Source: an uncultured Ignavibacteriales bacterium (GTDB lineage Bacteria > Zixibacteria > MSB-5A5 > GN15 > FEB-12). From it: 64,000 bases of DNA. Of this stretch, positions 16,484 to 26,207 are shown in pieces (within the stretch, counting starts at the first letter, position 1; each line of letters opens with the position of its first letter). Location: contig CAZILL010000001.1 of assembly GCA_964540105.1 (NCBI GenBank), positions 1,290,063 through 1,354,062 on the forward strand, read 5' to 3'. The notes beneath the pieces are model-generated. The model had not been told where the DNA came from. It saw only the letters and a program-made list of their open reading frames with translations, and ran no database searches. The position numbers were made by a program, and so were the translations under genes.

Positions 16484-18751
16484 ATGAACCTTGATGTCGC
16501 GAAAACGCTCGCTTTCCTCCTCACCGGTGGCTTCTTAGTCTTTCTGGCTATTACCATCACGCGCGACAATTTTACCAACCGCATAAACCGCGTGACCGGC
16601 GCCATGCTCTTCTTCGCGGGTATCGGACCGGTCTTCTTTGCGCTGGGGTTGATCATCGACCAGAGCGCGACCAGCGCGGTTGGCTTTCACAGTTCTCCGC
16701 TCTTTCAGATCCACACATTGTGGGAACTGTTCTTCCCAACCCTTTTGTTGTTCTCCTGGATTTTTCCCGTCGACCGACTTCGCGAATTCCGCAACGTGCG
16801 CCTGCGGTCGTTGGTGTTTGTTCCGCAGGTCATGCATGTTGCCATCGCCATTTTCTTCACCGACATCAACCACATGCTTGAATCAGTACAGCTCGATCCG
16901 GGACGTGAGGGGTTTCAGACACTCATCCTCAAGCCCTTTTCATATATGTTCACCGGTGTACTCCTTCTGGTCGGGTTCATCCAGTCATACGAGCACTACG
17001 TCTTCGGTGTAGTCAATCTTGCATACGTGGGTGCGGCCGTGTACTTTCTCGAGTCAGGCGCACGGTATCTGAGTGAACCACGACTGCTGAATCAGACCCG
17101 AGTTGTTCTCTGGGGTACTCGTTTCGGTCTCGGGCTGTACCTGCTCTCCTCGGGCGCCGCAATCTTCTTCTCGACTCTGGTGTCGGCGTCGACGACATCA
17201 CTGCTCCTCCTGCCGGCCCTCATACTTGGCGCTGCCGCCTTCGGCTACGCGATCGTGCGCTTCCAGTTTCTTGACGTGCAGCTTGTCTTCCGCCAATCCT
17301 TCATTTACACCCTTGCCACTGCCGTTCTTGTCGGCGGCTACATCTTCCTCGGCATGCGTTCACAGAAGATTCTGACCCCGTTGTTTGGCGACCGCGCCGA
17401 AATGGTCAGCTACGTCTTTCTGGTGTTTGTCCTTCTGCTCTTCCAGCCGATTTCGAGCTGGCTCGATAATGTCATTCGTTCTATGTTCATCAGAACACGA
17501 ACCGACTATCGTACGATTATCGAGCGCTTCTCAAGGCAGGTCATCTCAATCTTTGACCCTCGACAATTGCGCCAGACCATTGAAGAAGAGCTCAAAACCG
17601 CACTTCTTGTTGAGGATGTCTATTTTGTCCTGTACGATGACGCTCTTGGGGAATACACGCTCCTCCCCAATGAGCAATCGGAGAAGGTAGTCATCATCGA
17701 GCGTGACGATCTCATGATGCGCGGTATCAATCTTCTGGATGCACCGACCAACTTCAACCTTCTGGCCGACTACAAGAAGGGATCGGTCCTGGCAGAGATG
17801 CTTATGGACCGGAGAGTGAAACTGATCTTGCCCATGAAAGACTCCCGCCACCTGCTGGGATTTCTGGCTCTGACCGCCAAAGCTGCCGGCTATCGGTATT
17901 CTGCGGAGGATTTCAATCTTCTCGGCGTTCTTTCCAATCAGATGGTAACGTCTCTCACCAACGCCCGCTTGTATGTTGACTCTTTGGAACGCCTGCGCCT
18001 GCAGGAAGAGATCAACATGGCGCGCCAGATCCAACTCGATCTTCTGCCTGCCGCGCCTCCGTTACTTGCGACCCTTAGCATCAGCGCCACATCGATTCCT
18101 TCCCGTACCGTCGGCGGAGACTTCTATGACTTTGTTCCGATTGATAACGGTCGTCGACTGGGTATTGTGATCGCCGATGCTTCCGGAAAGGGGATGCCTG
18201 CTGCCCTGATGATGGCGCAGATCCAGGCGATGATCAGGAGCGAGGTGAACAATGGGAATCCGATTCCGACTATGGTTCAGAATATGAATGTTCAGGTTGT
18301 TCAGTCTACATCCGCCGAGAAGTATGTTACTCTGTTCTACGGCGAACTGGACACTGAAACCGGGCAGTTTCATTACGTCAATGCCGGCCACAACTACCCG
18401 ATCCTGGTTCGTGCTGACGGTTCGATGGAACTTCTTGAATGCGGCGGACCGGTCATAGGAGCGCTCCAGTGGTCGCAATATGAACAGGCGACTGTCATTC
18501 TGAATTCAAATGACATTCTGTTCTTTTTCACCGACGGACTATCGGAGGCTATGGACACCCAGGAACGCGAATATGGCGAAGCACGGGTGCGTCAGTTCAT
18601 CATTGACCGACGCGCAGATGAGCCGCACGCGCTGGTGAACGCTATTCTTGAGGATGTCCATACGTACGACCCCACTACGCCACCGCAAGATGACACGACG
18701 ATTATTGCGTTGAAGATGAACAGCAGGAATGGAAACGACAATGGACGATAA
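16484..18751 (+). CDS. Membrane-bound PP2C-type phosphatase (SpoIIE/RsbU-like) with polytopic N-terminal sensor region and GAF-like linker
   Basis: It has about 8-10 TM helices, and PP2C/SpoIIE blocks GGDFYDF, IADASGKGMPAALMMA, NAGHNYPIL, FFFTDGLSEA and DDTTIIAL. The ORF track starts at 16388, overlapping the kinase gene. The ATG at 16484 (MNLDVAKTLAF) removes that overlap. Confidence 0.85.
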   Translation: MNLDVAKTLAFLLTGGFLVFLAITITRDNFTNRINRVTGAMLFFAGIGPVFFALGLIIDQSATSAVGFHSSPLFQIHTLWELFFPTLLLFSWIFPVDRLREFRNVRLRSLVFVPQVMHVAIAIFFTDINHMLESVQLDPGREGFQTLILKPFSYMFTGVLLLVGFIQSYEHYVFGVVNLAYVGAAVYFLESGARYLSEPRLLNQTRVVLWGTRFGLGLYLLSSGAAIFFSTLVSASTTSLLLLPALILGAAAFGYAIVRFQFLDVQLVFRQSFIYTLATAVLVGGYIFLGMRSQKILTPLFGDRAEMVSYVFLVFVLLLFQPISSWLDNVIRSMFIRTRTDYRTIIERFSRQVISIFDPRQLRQTIEEELKTALLVEDVYFVLYDDALGEYTLLPNEQSEKVVIIERDDLMMRGINLLDAPTNFNLLADYKKGSVLAEMLMDRRVKLILPMKDSRHLLGFLALTAKAAGYRYSAEDFNLLGVLSNQMVTSLTNARLYVDSLERLRLQEEINMARQIQLDLLPAAPPLLATLSISATSIPSRTVGGDFYDFVPIDNGRRLGIVIADASGKGMPAALMMAQIQAMIRSEVNNGNPIPTMVQNMNVQVVQSTSAEKYVTLFYGELDTETGQFHYVNAGHNYPILVRADGSMELLECGGPVIGALQWSQYEQATVILNSNDILFFFTDGLSEAMDTQEREYGEARVRQFIIDRRADEPHALVNAILEDVHTYDPTTPPQDDTTIIALKMNSRNGNDNGR

Positions 18752-19310
18752 TCCGGCCGAATTCGATCCCGCCCTGCTCTTCGCTCGCAAGAACAATCAC
18801 TGCGGATTTCGCTTTTGTCCACTTTGTGGCAGGGAGCTCCAGAAGCGTCAGCTTGATCAGCGGGAACGGGTGATCTGTCCGGATCCTTCGTGCGGATATG
18901 TCTTCTACCAGAATCCGATTCCCGCGGCAGGCGCGGTCATTGTTCAGAATGATGCCATCCTTCTCGTGCGACGCGCGCATCCACCGAAAGTCGGTTGGTG
19001 GTGCATTCCCGCCGGATTTATGGAATGGGATGAGCATCCTGAGCAGACGGCGGTCCGCGAGATCCGCGAGGAGACCGGATTGGAGATCAGGCTTGACGGT
19101 TTCTTTGAAGTCTATAGCGGTGTCGACGACCCCCGCTCCAACGCGATACTCCTGCTCTATTTCGGAACGCCAATCGGAGGATCACTGAAGGCAGGTGATG
19201 ATGCACTTGAAGTGCGCTACTTCGCATTCGACGATCTTCCCAAAGAGCTTGCCTTTGCGTCTCATCATCAGGCCGTGGCTGATTACTGTCGAAAGTTCCG
19301 ATCTGCCTGA
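18729..19310 (+). CDS. NUDIX hydrolase with N-terminal zinc ribbon
   Basis: The Nudix box is GFMEWDEHPEQTAVREIREETGLE. The N-terminal zinc ribbon is CPLCG...CPDPSCG. An alternative ATG lies at 18741. Confidence 0.85.
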   Translation: METTMDDNPAEFDPALLFARKNNHCGFRFCPLCGRELQKRQLDQRERVICPDPSCGYVFYQNPIPAAGAVIVQNDAILLVRRAHPPKVGWWCIPAGFMEWDEHPEQTAVREIREETGLEIRLDGFFEVYSGVDDPRSNAILLLYFGTPIGGSLKAGDDALEVRYFAFDDLPKELAFASHHQAVADYCRKFRSA

Positions 19311-19376
19311 CAGGCTGGGGAGAAGGAAGCGACTTGACTTCCGTACATTCAATTTGTTCAATTATCCTGACGATGA

Positions 19377-21137
19377 ATGAGGCATATGAAGTGGTTCCCG
19401 ATGTTGTTTGCTCTTAGGGTTCTCGTTGTCTGTTCTCTTGCGGGGACCGTGTGGGCGGTGCCTACCTACAAGAAATTCTCTCTTGCGTCAACCCGAAGAC
19501 CCTATTTCACCCTCACCTTCGACGACAAATTTCTTATCGTCTCGGTTCTGTCAGACAGCGTCATCAACGCTGAGCAACTCCTGCGCCGTGACCTTGTCGT
19601 TCGCGACAGCGTTGTCCTGAAGTCGGGGGTTCCGATCTCTCCGCGGTCGATCTTACTGGATCGCAGCGGATTGCACTTCCGAGATTCCGTCTACCCTTAC
19701 AGTAGAATACACGACATGGCTCTCACGACTCGCAACAAACAGACCCTGTTTACTTTCTTTACTGACGACGATAGTTCGGCGGTAGTCAGGCGAGGGGATC
19801 GCCTTACTTTTGGAGAGGACATAACCATCGACACTGGGGTCTTTGCGCGCGGAGTCGTTTTCTCCGTTCTGGGGAACGTTCTGGTGTCAGGCGAGGCCAA
19901 TCGGGATGTGGTATCCCTCTTTGGAAATGTCACAGTCTCACCAAAGGCAACCGTTCGTGGCGGGGTTGGCTCACTGAACGGACAGATCACAGTTTCCAAG
20001 GAAGCCTCAGTATACGGTGAAATATATTCCTCGTCGGCCCGAAGGGGCGCGCGCAAGCACTCCCTGCGAACGCAGATTGATGCACTGGAGTACCTGGCCA
20101 GTTTCCGCTACAACCGTGTCGACGGGGCTACTCCTGATGTCGGCTTGAAATTCAACGATCGAGATTCCCTGATCCCCATCGTTTGGGCTCGTGCAGGATA
20201 TGCTTTTGCGTCGAAACGCTGGCACTACGACTTGGGACTCGAACAGACTCTCCTCAGGTCGACTTCATTGTCTCTGGGCGGGCATCTGTATCGAAGACTT
20301 TCCTCCGGCGATGACTGGATAGTCAGCGACATCGAAAACTTGGCCTACACCTTGTTCCTGACCGAGGATCTGAAGAATTACTATGAGTCCGAGGGCGGAG
20401 CGCTCTACGCGCATTACGCGCCACTCCCAAGGCTGTCCCTTGGAACTGAATACCGGAACGAACGAACCCGATGGTTCGACGCTCACCGGAATCTCTGGTC
20501 GCTATTTGGACGAGGCAAGAAGTTTGGCGAGAACTTTGGAACCGTTCCCACCTCTTATCGAGAACAGGGGAGAGGTGACATAGAAGCGAGAACACTGGCT
20601 TTTGTGCGAGTACACGCCGATTACCACACCGGCGACTCGGAGGGGCGCCCGCGCCCATCATCCTGGAATCTGTCAGGCGAATTTGAATTGTCACAGAGAG
20701 GATTGAAGTCAGACTTCAATTATCGTCGTTATTCGCTGAACGTGCGTCGCTACCAGAGATTCAATCGCTATACTATTCTCCTTGCAAAGCTGAGCGCTGG
20801 GAACAGCGACGGTTACCTGCCGATGCACAAGCGGTACTTCCTTGGCGGATTGGGGACTCTCCACGGCTACAGTCAGGACGAGTTCATGGGGACGCGCTAT
20901 TGGATGGCAAATGCTGAGTACCGGATCTCGTTCAGCTCGACAGAATTCGCGGTCTCATTCCTCTGGGATTTGGCCCAGATTGCCGACGACCGGAAACTCG
21001 GTCAAGCCGAGGTCAGACATTCTCTCGGCGTAGCGTTGGCCTTTGATAACTATTTCAAGATCACGCTGGCCAAACGTCTGGACCGCGCAACCAGCGATAA
21101 TCCGAGGTTTTTCGTCCGGTTCGAGCAGATCTTCTAA
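19377..21137 (+). CDS. Outer-membrane protein: bactofilin-like beta-helical repeat region fused to an Omp85/surface-antigen-type beta-barrel
   Basis: It has a signal peptide. The repeat region is GVVFSVLGNVLVSGEANRDVVSLFGNVTVSPKATVRGGVGSLNGQITVSKEASVYGEIYS. The barrel carries KRYFLGGLGTLHGY and a terminal Phe (FVRFEQIF). Confidence 0.65.
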   Translation: MRHMKWFPMLFALRVLVVCSLAGTVWAVPTYKKFSLASTRRPYFTLTFDDKFLIVSVLSDSVINAEQLLRRDLVVRDSVVLKSGVPISPRSILLDRSGLHFRDSVYPYSRIHDMALTTRNKQTLFTFFTDDDSSAVVRRGDRLTFGEDITIDTGVFARGVVFSVLGNVLVSGEANRDVVSLFGNVTVSPKATVRGGVGSLNGQITVSKEASVYGEIYSSSARRGARKHSLRTQIDALEYLASFRYNRVDGATPDVGLKFNDRDSLIPIVWARAGYAFASKRWHYDLGLEQTLLRSTSLSLGGHLYRRLSSGDDWIVSDIENLAYTLFLTEDLKNYYESEGGALYAHYAPLPRLSLGTEYRNERTRWFDAHRNLWSLFGRGKKFGENFGTVPTSYREQGRGDIEARTLAFVRVHADYHTGDSEGRPRPSSWNLSGEFELSQRGLKSDFNYRRYSLNVRRYQRFNRYTILLAKLSAGNSDGYLPMHKRYFLGGLGTLHGYSQDEFMGTRYWMANAEYRISFSSTEFAVSFLWDLAQIADDRKLGQAEVRHSLGVALAFDNYFKITLAKRLDRATSDNPRFFVRFEQIF

Positions 21138-21361
21138 AGTCAGGGTTGCCTCAATCCTGAACTGTCCCGATTCTGAACGTCCTCCCCTCGATGGTGCTTG
21201 AAGTCGTCTTGCGACACGTGCCCGATCCCCCCTTTCTCCAGAATTACGTTACGTCTTCCTGCCAATTAGGGTAGGAAAGGCCTTCTTTGCGGCTCAAGGG
21301 GTTCAAGACTTTATCCGATAATTAGACAGGCATACAGGTCCTTCAGTGCGGAACAGGTGCA

Positions 21362-23173
21362 GTGAAATTCGTCGATGAAGACAAAACTGTCAAGGCGGTT
21401 ACTTCGATGTCTGGACAACGAACTATTGATCCCCATGGCGAGAGTGCCCGAATAGCCCTCAATTTGTTCAATGATCTCGAGGCCACGCTCGATCAGGTGG
21501 CCGAAGGGAATCCCCGGATTGCAGGTCTGGAGAAGGATGGAGTTTCGCGCAATGCCGACTTGCAGGCGCTTCTGGAAGTGTCACTGGCGATCAATTCCTC
21601 GCTCGTTCTTGATGATGTTCTCCAGATCGTTATGCATCGCGCGATCGAACTGATGCAGGCAGAACGCGGTCTGATCATGCTCCTTGACGAAGCCGGCGAT
21701 CTGCAGGTGAAATCGGCATATAACCTCTGCAAGGAAGAAATCATGGAGGAGGACTTCAAGATCTCCTCCAGCATCACCGGTAAGGTCGCTGAGAGCGGTA
21801 AATCGGTCTACACCTCCGACGCCATGGCCGACGATCGCTATGCGCAGCAGCAATCGGTTCTGGAACTTCATCTCCGTTCCATTATGTGTGTACCGATTAA
21901 GGTTCGAGAACGTGTGATAGGCGTCTTCTATCTGGACAACTCCAATCAAGCCCGCATGTTCCTCAAGTCAGATCTGTACCTCTTTGAGCTCTACGCCCAA
22001 ATGGTCTCCAACGCGCTGGATAACGCCGGTATCTACGACTCTTTGCTGAGGATGACTCACTACCACGAATCCGTGGTAGCCAACACACCCGTCGGTGTGG
22101 TCGTGCTCGACACACGCGGCAATATAGCCACGATCAATCGCATTGCGCTGGAGATTCTCGATCTGAATAGAGATGCCGTCAGGGTGATCGGCGCCGATAA
22201 GCCAAGCACCGTCTTCGTAGATATCTTACCTCAGGAAGAGAAACCCCGCTGGCGCAAAATGATCAACATGGTTGTTACCAGCGGTCACGAGCTCGCCGAC
22301 CCGCGCTACTTTCACAACACCGGCTATCTCGAGAAGGTCCTGTCCCTCAAGCTGTCCCCTCTCGATGTCCTCCCGTGTGGGGGGAAGGGGATCATCATGG
22401 CTATCGAGGATGTCACCGAAAAGGTGCTGATGGAGAAGTATGTCATCCTGTCAGAGAAACTCGTTGCCCGAGGCGAAATGGCGGCGGCGGTGGCGCACGA
22501 ACTCAACAATTACCTGTCGATCATTACCAACAACGCCGAGTTGCTGCAATTGAATCTGGATCGAGAGAAATTCGACAAAGTTAAATTCAACAGCAAATCG
22601 ATCACAGAGAACGTCTTCAAGATCAAACGGTTTGTCGACAATCTTATGGACTTCGCCAAACCGGAGTCCGAGTACATAAGCTACGACATCAAACATCTCA
22701 TCGACGACTTGCTGTTCTCCCTCAGAATTCAACCTCGTTTCAAACTGGTACACTTCACGATCGATCTCAATTCTGAAATCCCCAGCAGCGAGATGGATGT
22801 TGGCCAGATTCAACAGGTTCTCATGAATCTCTTGAACAATTCCGCGGACGCGATAGAGGAGCGCGCGCTGAGTTGCCAACTGCAGAACGAGTCGTTCTCG
22901 CGCCAGATCGGGATTCAGGCTCGGTACGATACGAGCTCCGAGAGCATCGTGCTCGAAATCTCCGACAACGGGAACGGCATGTCGGAGGAGACTGCAGCCA
23001 AGATATTCAATCTGCACTTCACGACCAAAAAGCATGGTCACGGACTTGGGCTGCACAACTGCAAGAGTATCATCGAACAACATGGCGGGCAGATCGAGGT
23101 CAGTTCAAAGACTGGCGAAGGAACTGTCTTCCGAATCACGCTGCCCCGGTTTCAGAAGAAGCACAACAAGTAG
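21362..23173 (+). CDS. Sensor histidine kinase (GAF-PAS-HisKA-HATPase), apparently cytoplasmic
   Basis: The H-box is AAVAHELNNYLSIITNNAELL, the N-box is NLLNNSADAI, and the G-boxes are DNGNGM and HGHGLGL. The start is GTG and no TM segment is evident. Confidence 0.9.
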   Translation: MKFVDEDKTVKAVTSMSGQRTIDPHGESARIALNLFNDLEATLDQVAEGNPRIAGLEKDGVSRNADLQALLEVSLAINSSLVLDDVLQIVMHRAIELMQAERGLIMLLDEAGDLQVKSAYNLCKEEIMEEDFKISSSITGKVAESGKSVYTSDAMADDRYAQQQSVLELHLRSIMCVPIKVRERVIGVFYLDNSNQARMFLKSDLYLFELYAQMVSNALDNAGIYDSLLRMTHYHESVVANTPVGVVVLDTRGNIATINRIALEILDLNRDAVRVIGADKPSTVFVDILPQEEKPRWRKMINMVVTSGHELADPRYFHNTGYLEKVLSLKLSPLDVLPCGGKGIIMAIEDVTEKVLMEKYVILSEKLVARGEMAAAVAHELNNYLSIITNNAELLQLNLDREKFDKVKFNSKSITENVFKIKRFVDNLMDFAKPESEYISYDIKHLIDDLLFSLRIQPRFKLVHFTIDLNSEIPSSEMDVGQIQQVLMNLLNNSADAIEERALSCQLQNESFSRQIGIQARYDTSSESIVLEISDNGNGMSEETAAKIFNLHFTTKKHGHGLGLHNCKSIIEQHGGQIEVSSKTGEGTVFRITLPRFQKKHNK

Positions 23174-23179
23174 CGGTCG

Positions 23180-26173
23180 ATGAATCTGCACGAGTCGCCT
23201 CGGTTTGTCTTCTCGAAGACACTTGGCATCGGCGGTACCGCGGAGGTTGCGCTGGTTCGTGCAATCGACCGTAGGGGAGAAGCGGCTGTCAAGTACCCTC
23301 GTGAGGGCACGAGCGCCGATGATTTCCGGAGGCTTGTCGATCGCGAGTATGCTCTGATCGCCAATCTGCGCCACCCTGGCGTTGTCAAGTTGCTCGAACC
23401 TCCATGCCTTGACCCGCTCTATATTCTACTGGAATACTGTCCGGGTATCACTCTTGATCGGGCGGGACGAATCGCGAATCTCGAGCAAGCCCTATCGATC
23501 ATCAGCAGCGCTGCCGCGACCCTCGAGTTTCTGCACACGATGGGCATCATTCACGCTGATCTGAAACCGCAGAACATCTTCTTGCCCCAGGATTACATCT
23601 CGACGGGGAACCTTTTGTCAAGCGTCAAGATTTCGGATTTCTCTCTTGGGCGGCGTGTCGACGAACCGGAAGGATCACGGGCGGGAATCGGCACCGTCGG
23701 TTACATGGCTCCGGAAGTCATCCTGGAGTCCAGGACTTCCCCGCAAAGCGATCTTTTTGCACTCGGAGTGGTTGCGTACTGCCTTCTCACGGGCAGGCAC
23801 CCGTACCTGCATGGGGAAACAGACCCGCAGAAGATCAATAGCCGTATTCTTGAAGAATCACCGACCCACATTGCAGAACTGCGCCCCGACCTACCCCCAG
23901 AAATCGGTACCATGATTCACGCTTTGCTGGCACGTACAGAAACCGAACGCCCACGCCGAGCCCTGGACGTCTGTCGCGCGATACGGGACACCAGTTGCCG
24001 GTATCGTTACGAACGTCTCCTTCGACCTCAATACTTCATGACGACCAAAACAACCCACGAGTCATTTGTCTCGCGCTATATGGAACAGTCTCCACTCCAG
24101 AGTGGGTGGCTGGAGAGCATGACTTCTGGAAATCTACAGTCCCTGAGGTTCATCTTGACCGCGAATTACATTTGTGGGCGGCTTCAATATGGCGACGGTC
24201 GGTTTAGGTCCGCAAACCTGCTCTCATGGCCCTCACAGCCGCGCCGCCAATGGCTAAGGAACTTCTCTTCGTCTTCGCTTAGCGTAAGAAAGCGTCTTAT
24301 AAGAAGCGCCGTGCTGACCGAATGTACGCCCGACGAGCGCGCAGCCATCACCGGTTCCGGTTCGTCATTGTGCACCGAGCAAGCGGGCTTCGAGATGCTC
24401 CGCACCTTCCTCCGCGTACCCACCCTGACTCGTCTCAGTGGGCGCTACGCTCGAATCGCAGAGAAGCTTGGCCTCGGCACAAGAGCCGCTCTCCTATACT
24501 TACAGGCGGGCGATCTGGAGAAGGCTGAGCGGACTGCCTATGAGGCTTCCTTTGAGCTGAGAAAGAAGCATGATATCAGCAGTGCAGTCAATCTCTTGAA
24601 GCGAGTGATAGCCTATGCCGAATTGGGTGGCAAGGTAAACGTGGTTCGCGAGCTTCTCATGTCACTTGCAGATACGTACAAGGATAGCGGTGACATCGAA
24701 CGCGCTTTCGCATTCTATCAACGCCTCGTCGATGCCTACAAGAACCTGCCAGCGGACAAACTTCTGGCCGAGACCTACAAGGACTTGGGAGATCTCTACA
24801 AGTTCAAACAGGACTTCGAGTCCGGTCTGAAGTCACTTGAGCAGGCCCTGGAGATTTACATTCAGCTTGGCGACGACCTGGAGATCTCTCACACCTACAA
24901 CAACCTCGGGAACATGTATTGGGTCAACTCCGAGATTAAGAAGGCTCTTCAAGCTTATCGGACCGCATTGCATCTTCAGAGAAAGCTCGACGCCAAAGCG
25001 GACATTGCCTCGACCCTAAGCAATCTTGGATCGGTCTTTTGCATGCTCGGACGGTATCGCCGTGGAGTTCACCTGCTAAATATCTCGCTCGATCTCAAGA
25101 AGGAAATCGGGAATATGGGAGAGATCGCGCGCTCCCTGAACAACCTTGGTTATGTGACCCATCTGTCAGGAGAGTCCTCGCGCGCGGTTGACCTGCTCAC
25201 CGAGGCGCTCGATCTGAATCAGCGCATCGGCAGCCAGAAAGAGATGCTCTACAATCTTGAGAACTTGACGTTTGTCATGTTGCGCGCCGGGCAACTTTCG
25301 GAATCGCTCGACTACCTTTCGCAAGGGATTCGACTTTCAAGGCAGCTGTCCGATCAACCCCATCTTGGTGTTTTTAATATCAACAAGGCCGTTGCATTCA
25401 TGCGGATGGGTCGCTTTGGGGAGGCGGCGCTCGCTCTGAAGAGTGTCGATAGTCTGTGCCAGATGATTGACGACAAGCCGCTCGTGACTCAGCATCGTCT
25501 GCAAACCGCCCATTTACGCAGATTCCTCGGAGATCCTCAGGGCTCCGCGACCGTTGCTTTCGAAGCGCTCTCTCTTGCCAGAGCCTGTCAAAGCCCCTTT
25601 GACCAGCTGAACGCGCTGTTGCACTTGGTGCGTCTGTCCCCAGATCCCGCGCACTCTGCGGAGGCGAGGCGAATCATCGATGAACTTCATATGGAGCGGG
25701 AGACATCCCTGCTTGCTTTCAATCGAATCGAATATCTCCTTGAGTCGGGAGAGACCAGTCAGGCGCAACGAGAGCTCGAACTGATTCTGAATTCGGAAAT
25801 TGTGATTCCTGAAGATATAGAGCAGTCGAGGATACATCTCTTGATTGTCGAATTGCTACTCGCGATGAGTGAAACGTCGCGCGCTGAGCATTTCCTGTTG
25901 TCCGCGAAACGTGCGGCAGAGAAAGCGCATCTCCTGCCCGAGCTTGCCGCTTGTTTGACGATTCAAGGGAGACTTGCCACCGGCTCAGGGAACTATGAAA
26001 CAGCATTCGGCTTGTACCAGCGTGCCCTCAAGCACTTCCGCACTATGGCTGAATCGATCGATGAACGAGAAGACAGGGATCAGTTTCAGGCGAATCGCAC
26101 GCTTCAATTTCTGGCGAAGGAGATTCGCGCTCTGACAGATAAACTCGGGGAGAAACGTCCAATCCGAGCGTAA
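23180..26173 (+). CDS. Ser/Thr protein kinase with a long C-terminal TPR repeat region
   Basis: Hanks kinase motifs are present: GIGGTAEV, AVKYP, HADLKPQNIF, DFSLG and GTVGYMAPE. About 650 aa of TPR-like repeats follow (YNNLGNMYW, LSNLGSVF, LNNLGYV). The start is 6 nt after the histidine kinase stop. Confidence 0.85.
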   Translation: MNLHESPRFVFSKTLGIGGTAEVALVRAIDRRGEAAVKYPREGTSADDFRRLVDREYALIANLRHPGVVKLLEPPCLDPLYILLEYCPGITLDRAGRIANLEQALSIISSAAATLEFLHTMGIIHADLKPQNIFLPQDYISTGNLLSSVKISDFSLGRRVDEPEGSRAGIGTVGYMAPEVILESRTSPQSDLFALGVVAYCLLTGRHPYLHGETDPQKINSRILEESPTHIAELRPDLPPEIGTMIHALLARTETERPRRALDVCRAIRDTSCRYRYERLLRPQYFMTTKTTHESFVSRYMEQSPLQSGWLESMTSGNLQSLRFILTANYICGRLQYGDGRFRSANLLSWPSQPRRQWLRNFSSSSLSVRKRLIRSAVLTECTPDERAAITGSGSSLCTEQAGFEMLRTFLRVPTLTRLSGRYARIAEKLGLGTRAALLYLQAGDLEKAERTAYEASFELRKKHDISSAVNLLKRVIAYAELGGKVNVVRELLMSLADTYKDSGDIERAFAFYQRLVDAYKNLPADKLLAETYKDLGDLYKFKQDFESGLKSLEQALEIYIQLGDDLEISHTYNNLGNMYWVNSEIKKALQAYRTALHLQRKLDAKADIASTLSNLGSVFCMLGRYRRGVHLLNISLDLKKEIGNMGEIARSLNNLGYVTHLSGESSRAVDLLTEALDLNQRIGSQKEMLYNLENLTFVMLRAGQLSESLDYLSQGIRLSRQLSDQPHLGVFNINKAVAFMRMGRFGEAALALKSVDSLCQMIDDKPLVTQHRLQTAHLRRFLGDPQGSATVAFEALSLARACQSPFDQLNALLHLVRLSPDPAHSAEARRIIDELHMERETSLLAFNRIEYLLESGETSQAQRELELILNSEIVIPEDIEQSRIHLLIVELLLAMSETSRAEHFLLSAKRAAEKAHLLPELAACLTIQGRLATGSGNYETAFGLYQRALKHFRTMAESIDEREDRDQFQANRTLQFLAKEIRALTDKLGEKRPIRA

Positions 26174-26207
26174 TCACGAGACCGCGGCTGGATTCACCGA
26201 TCGATTC

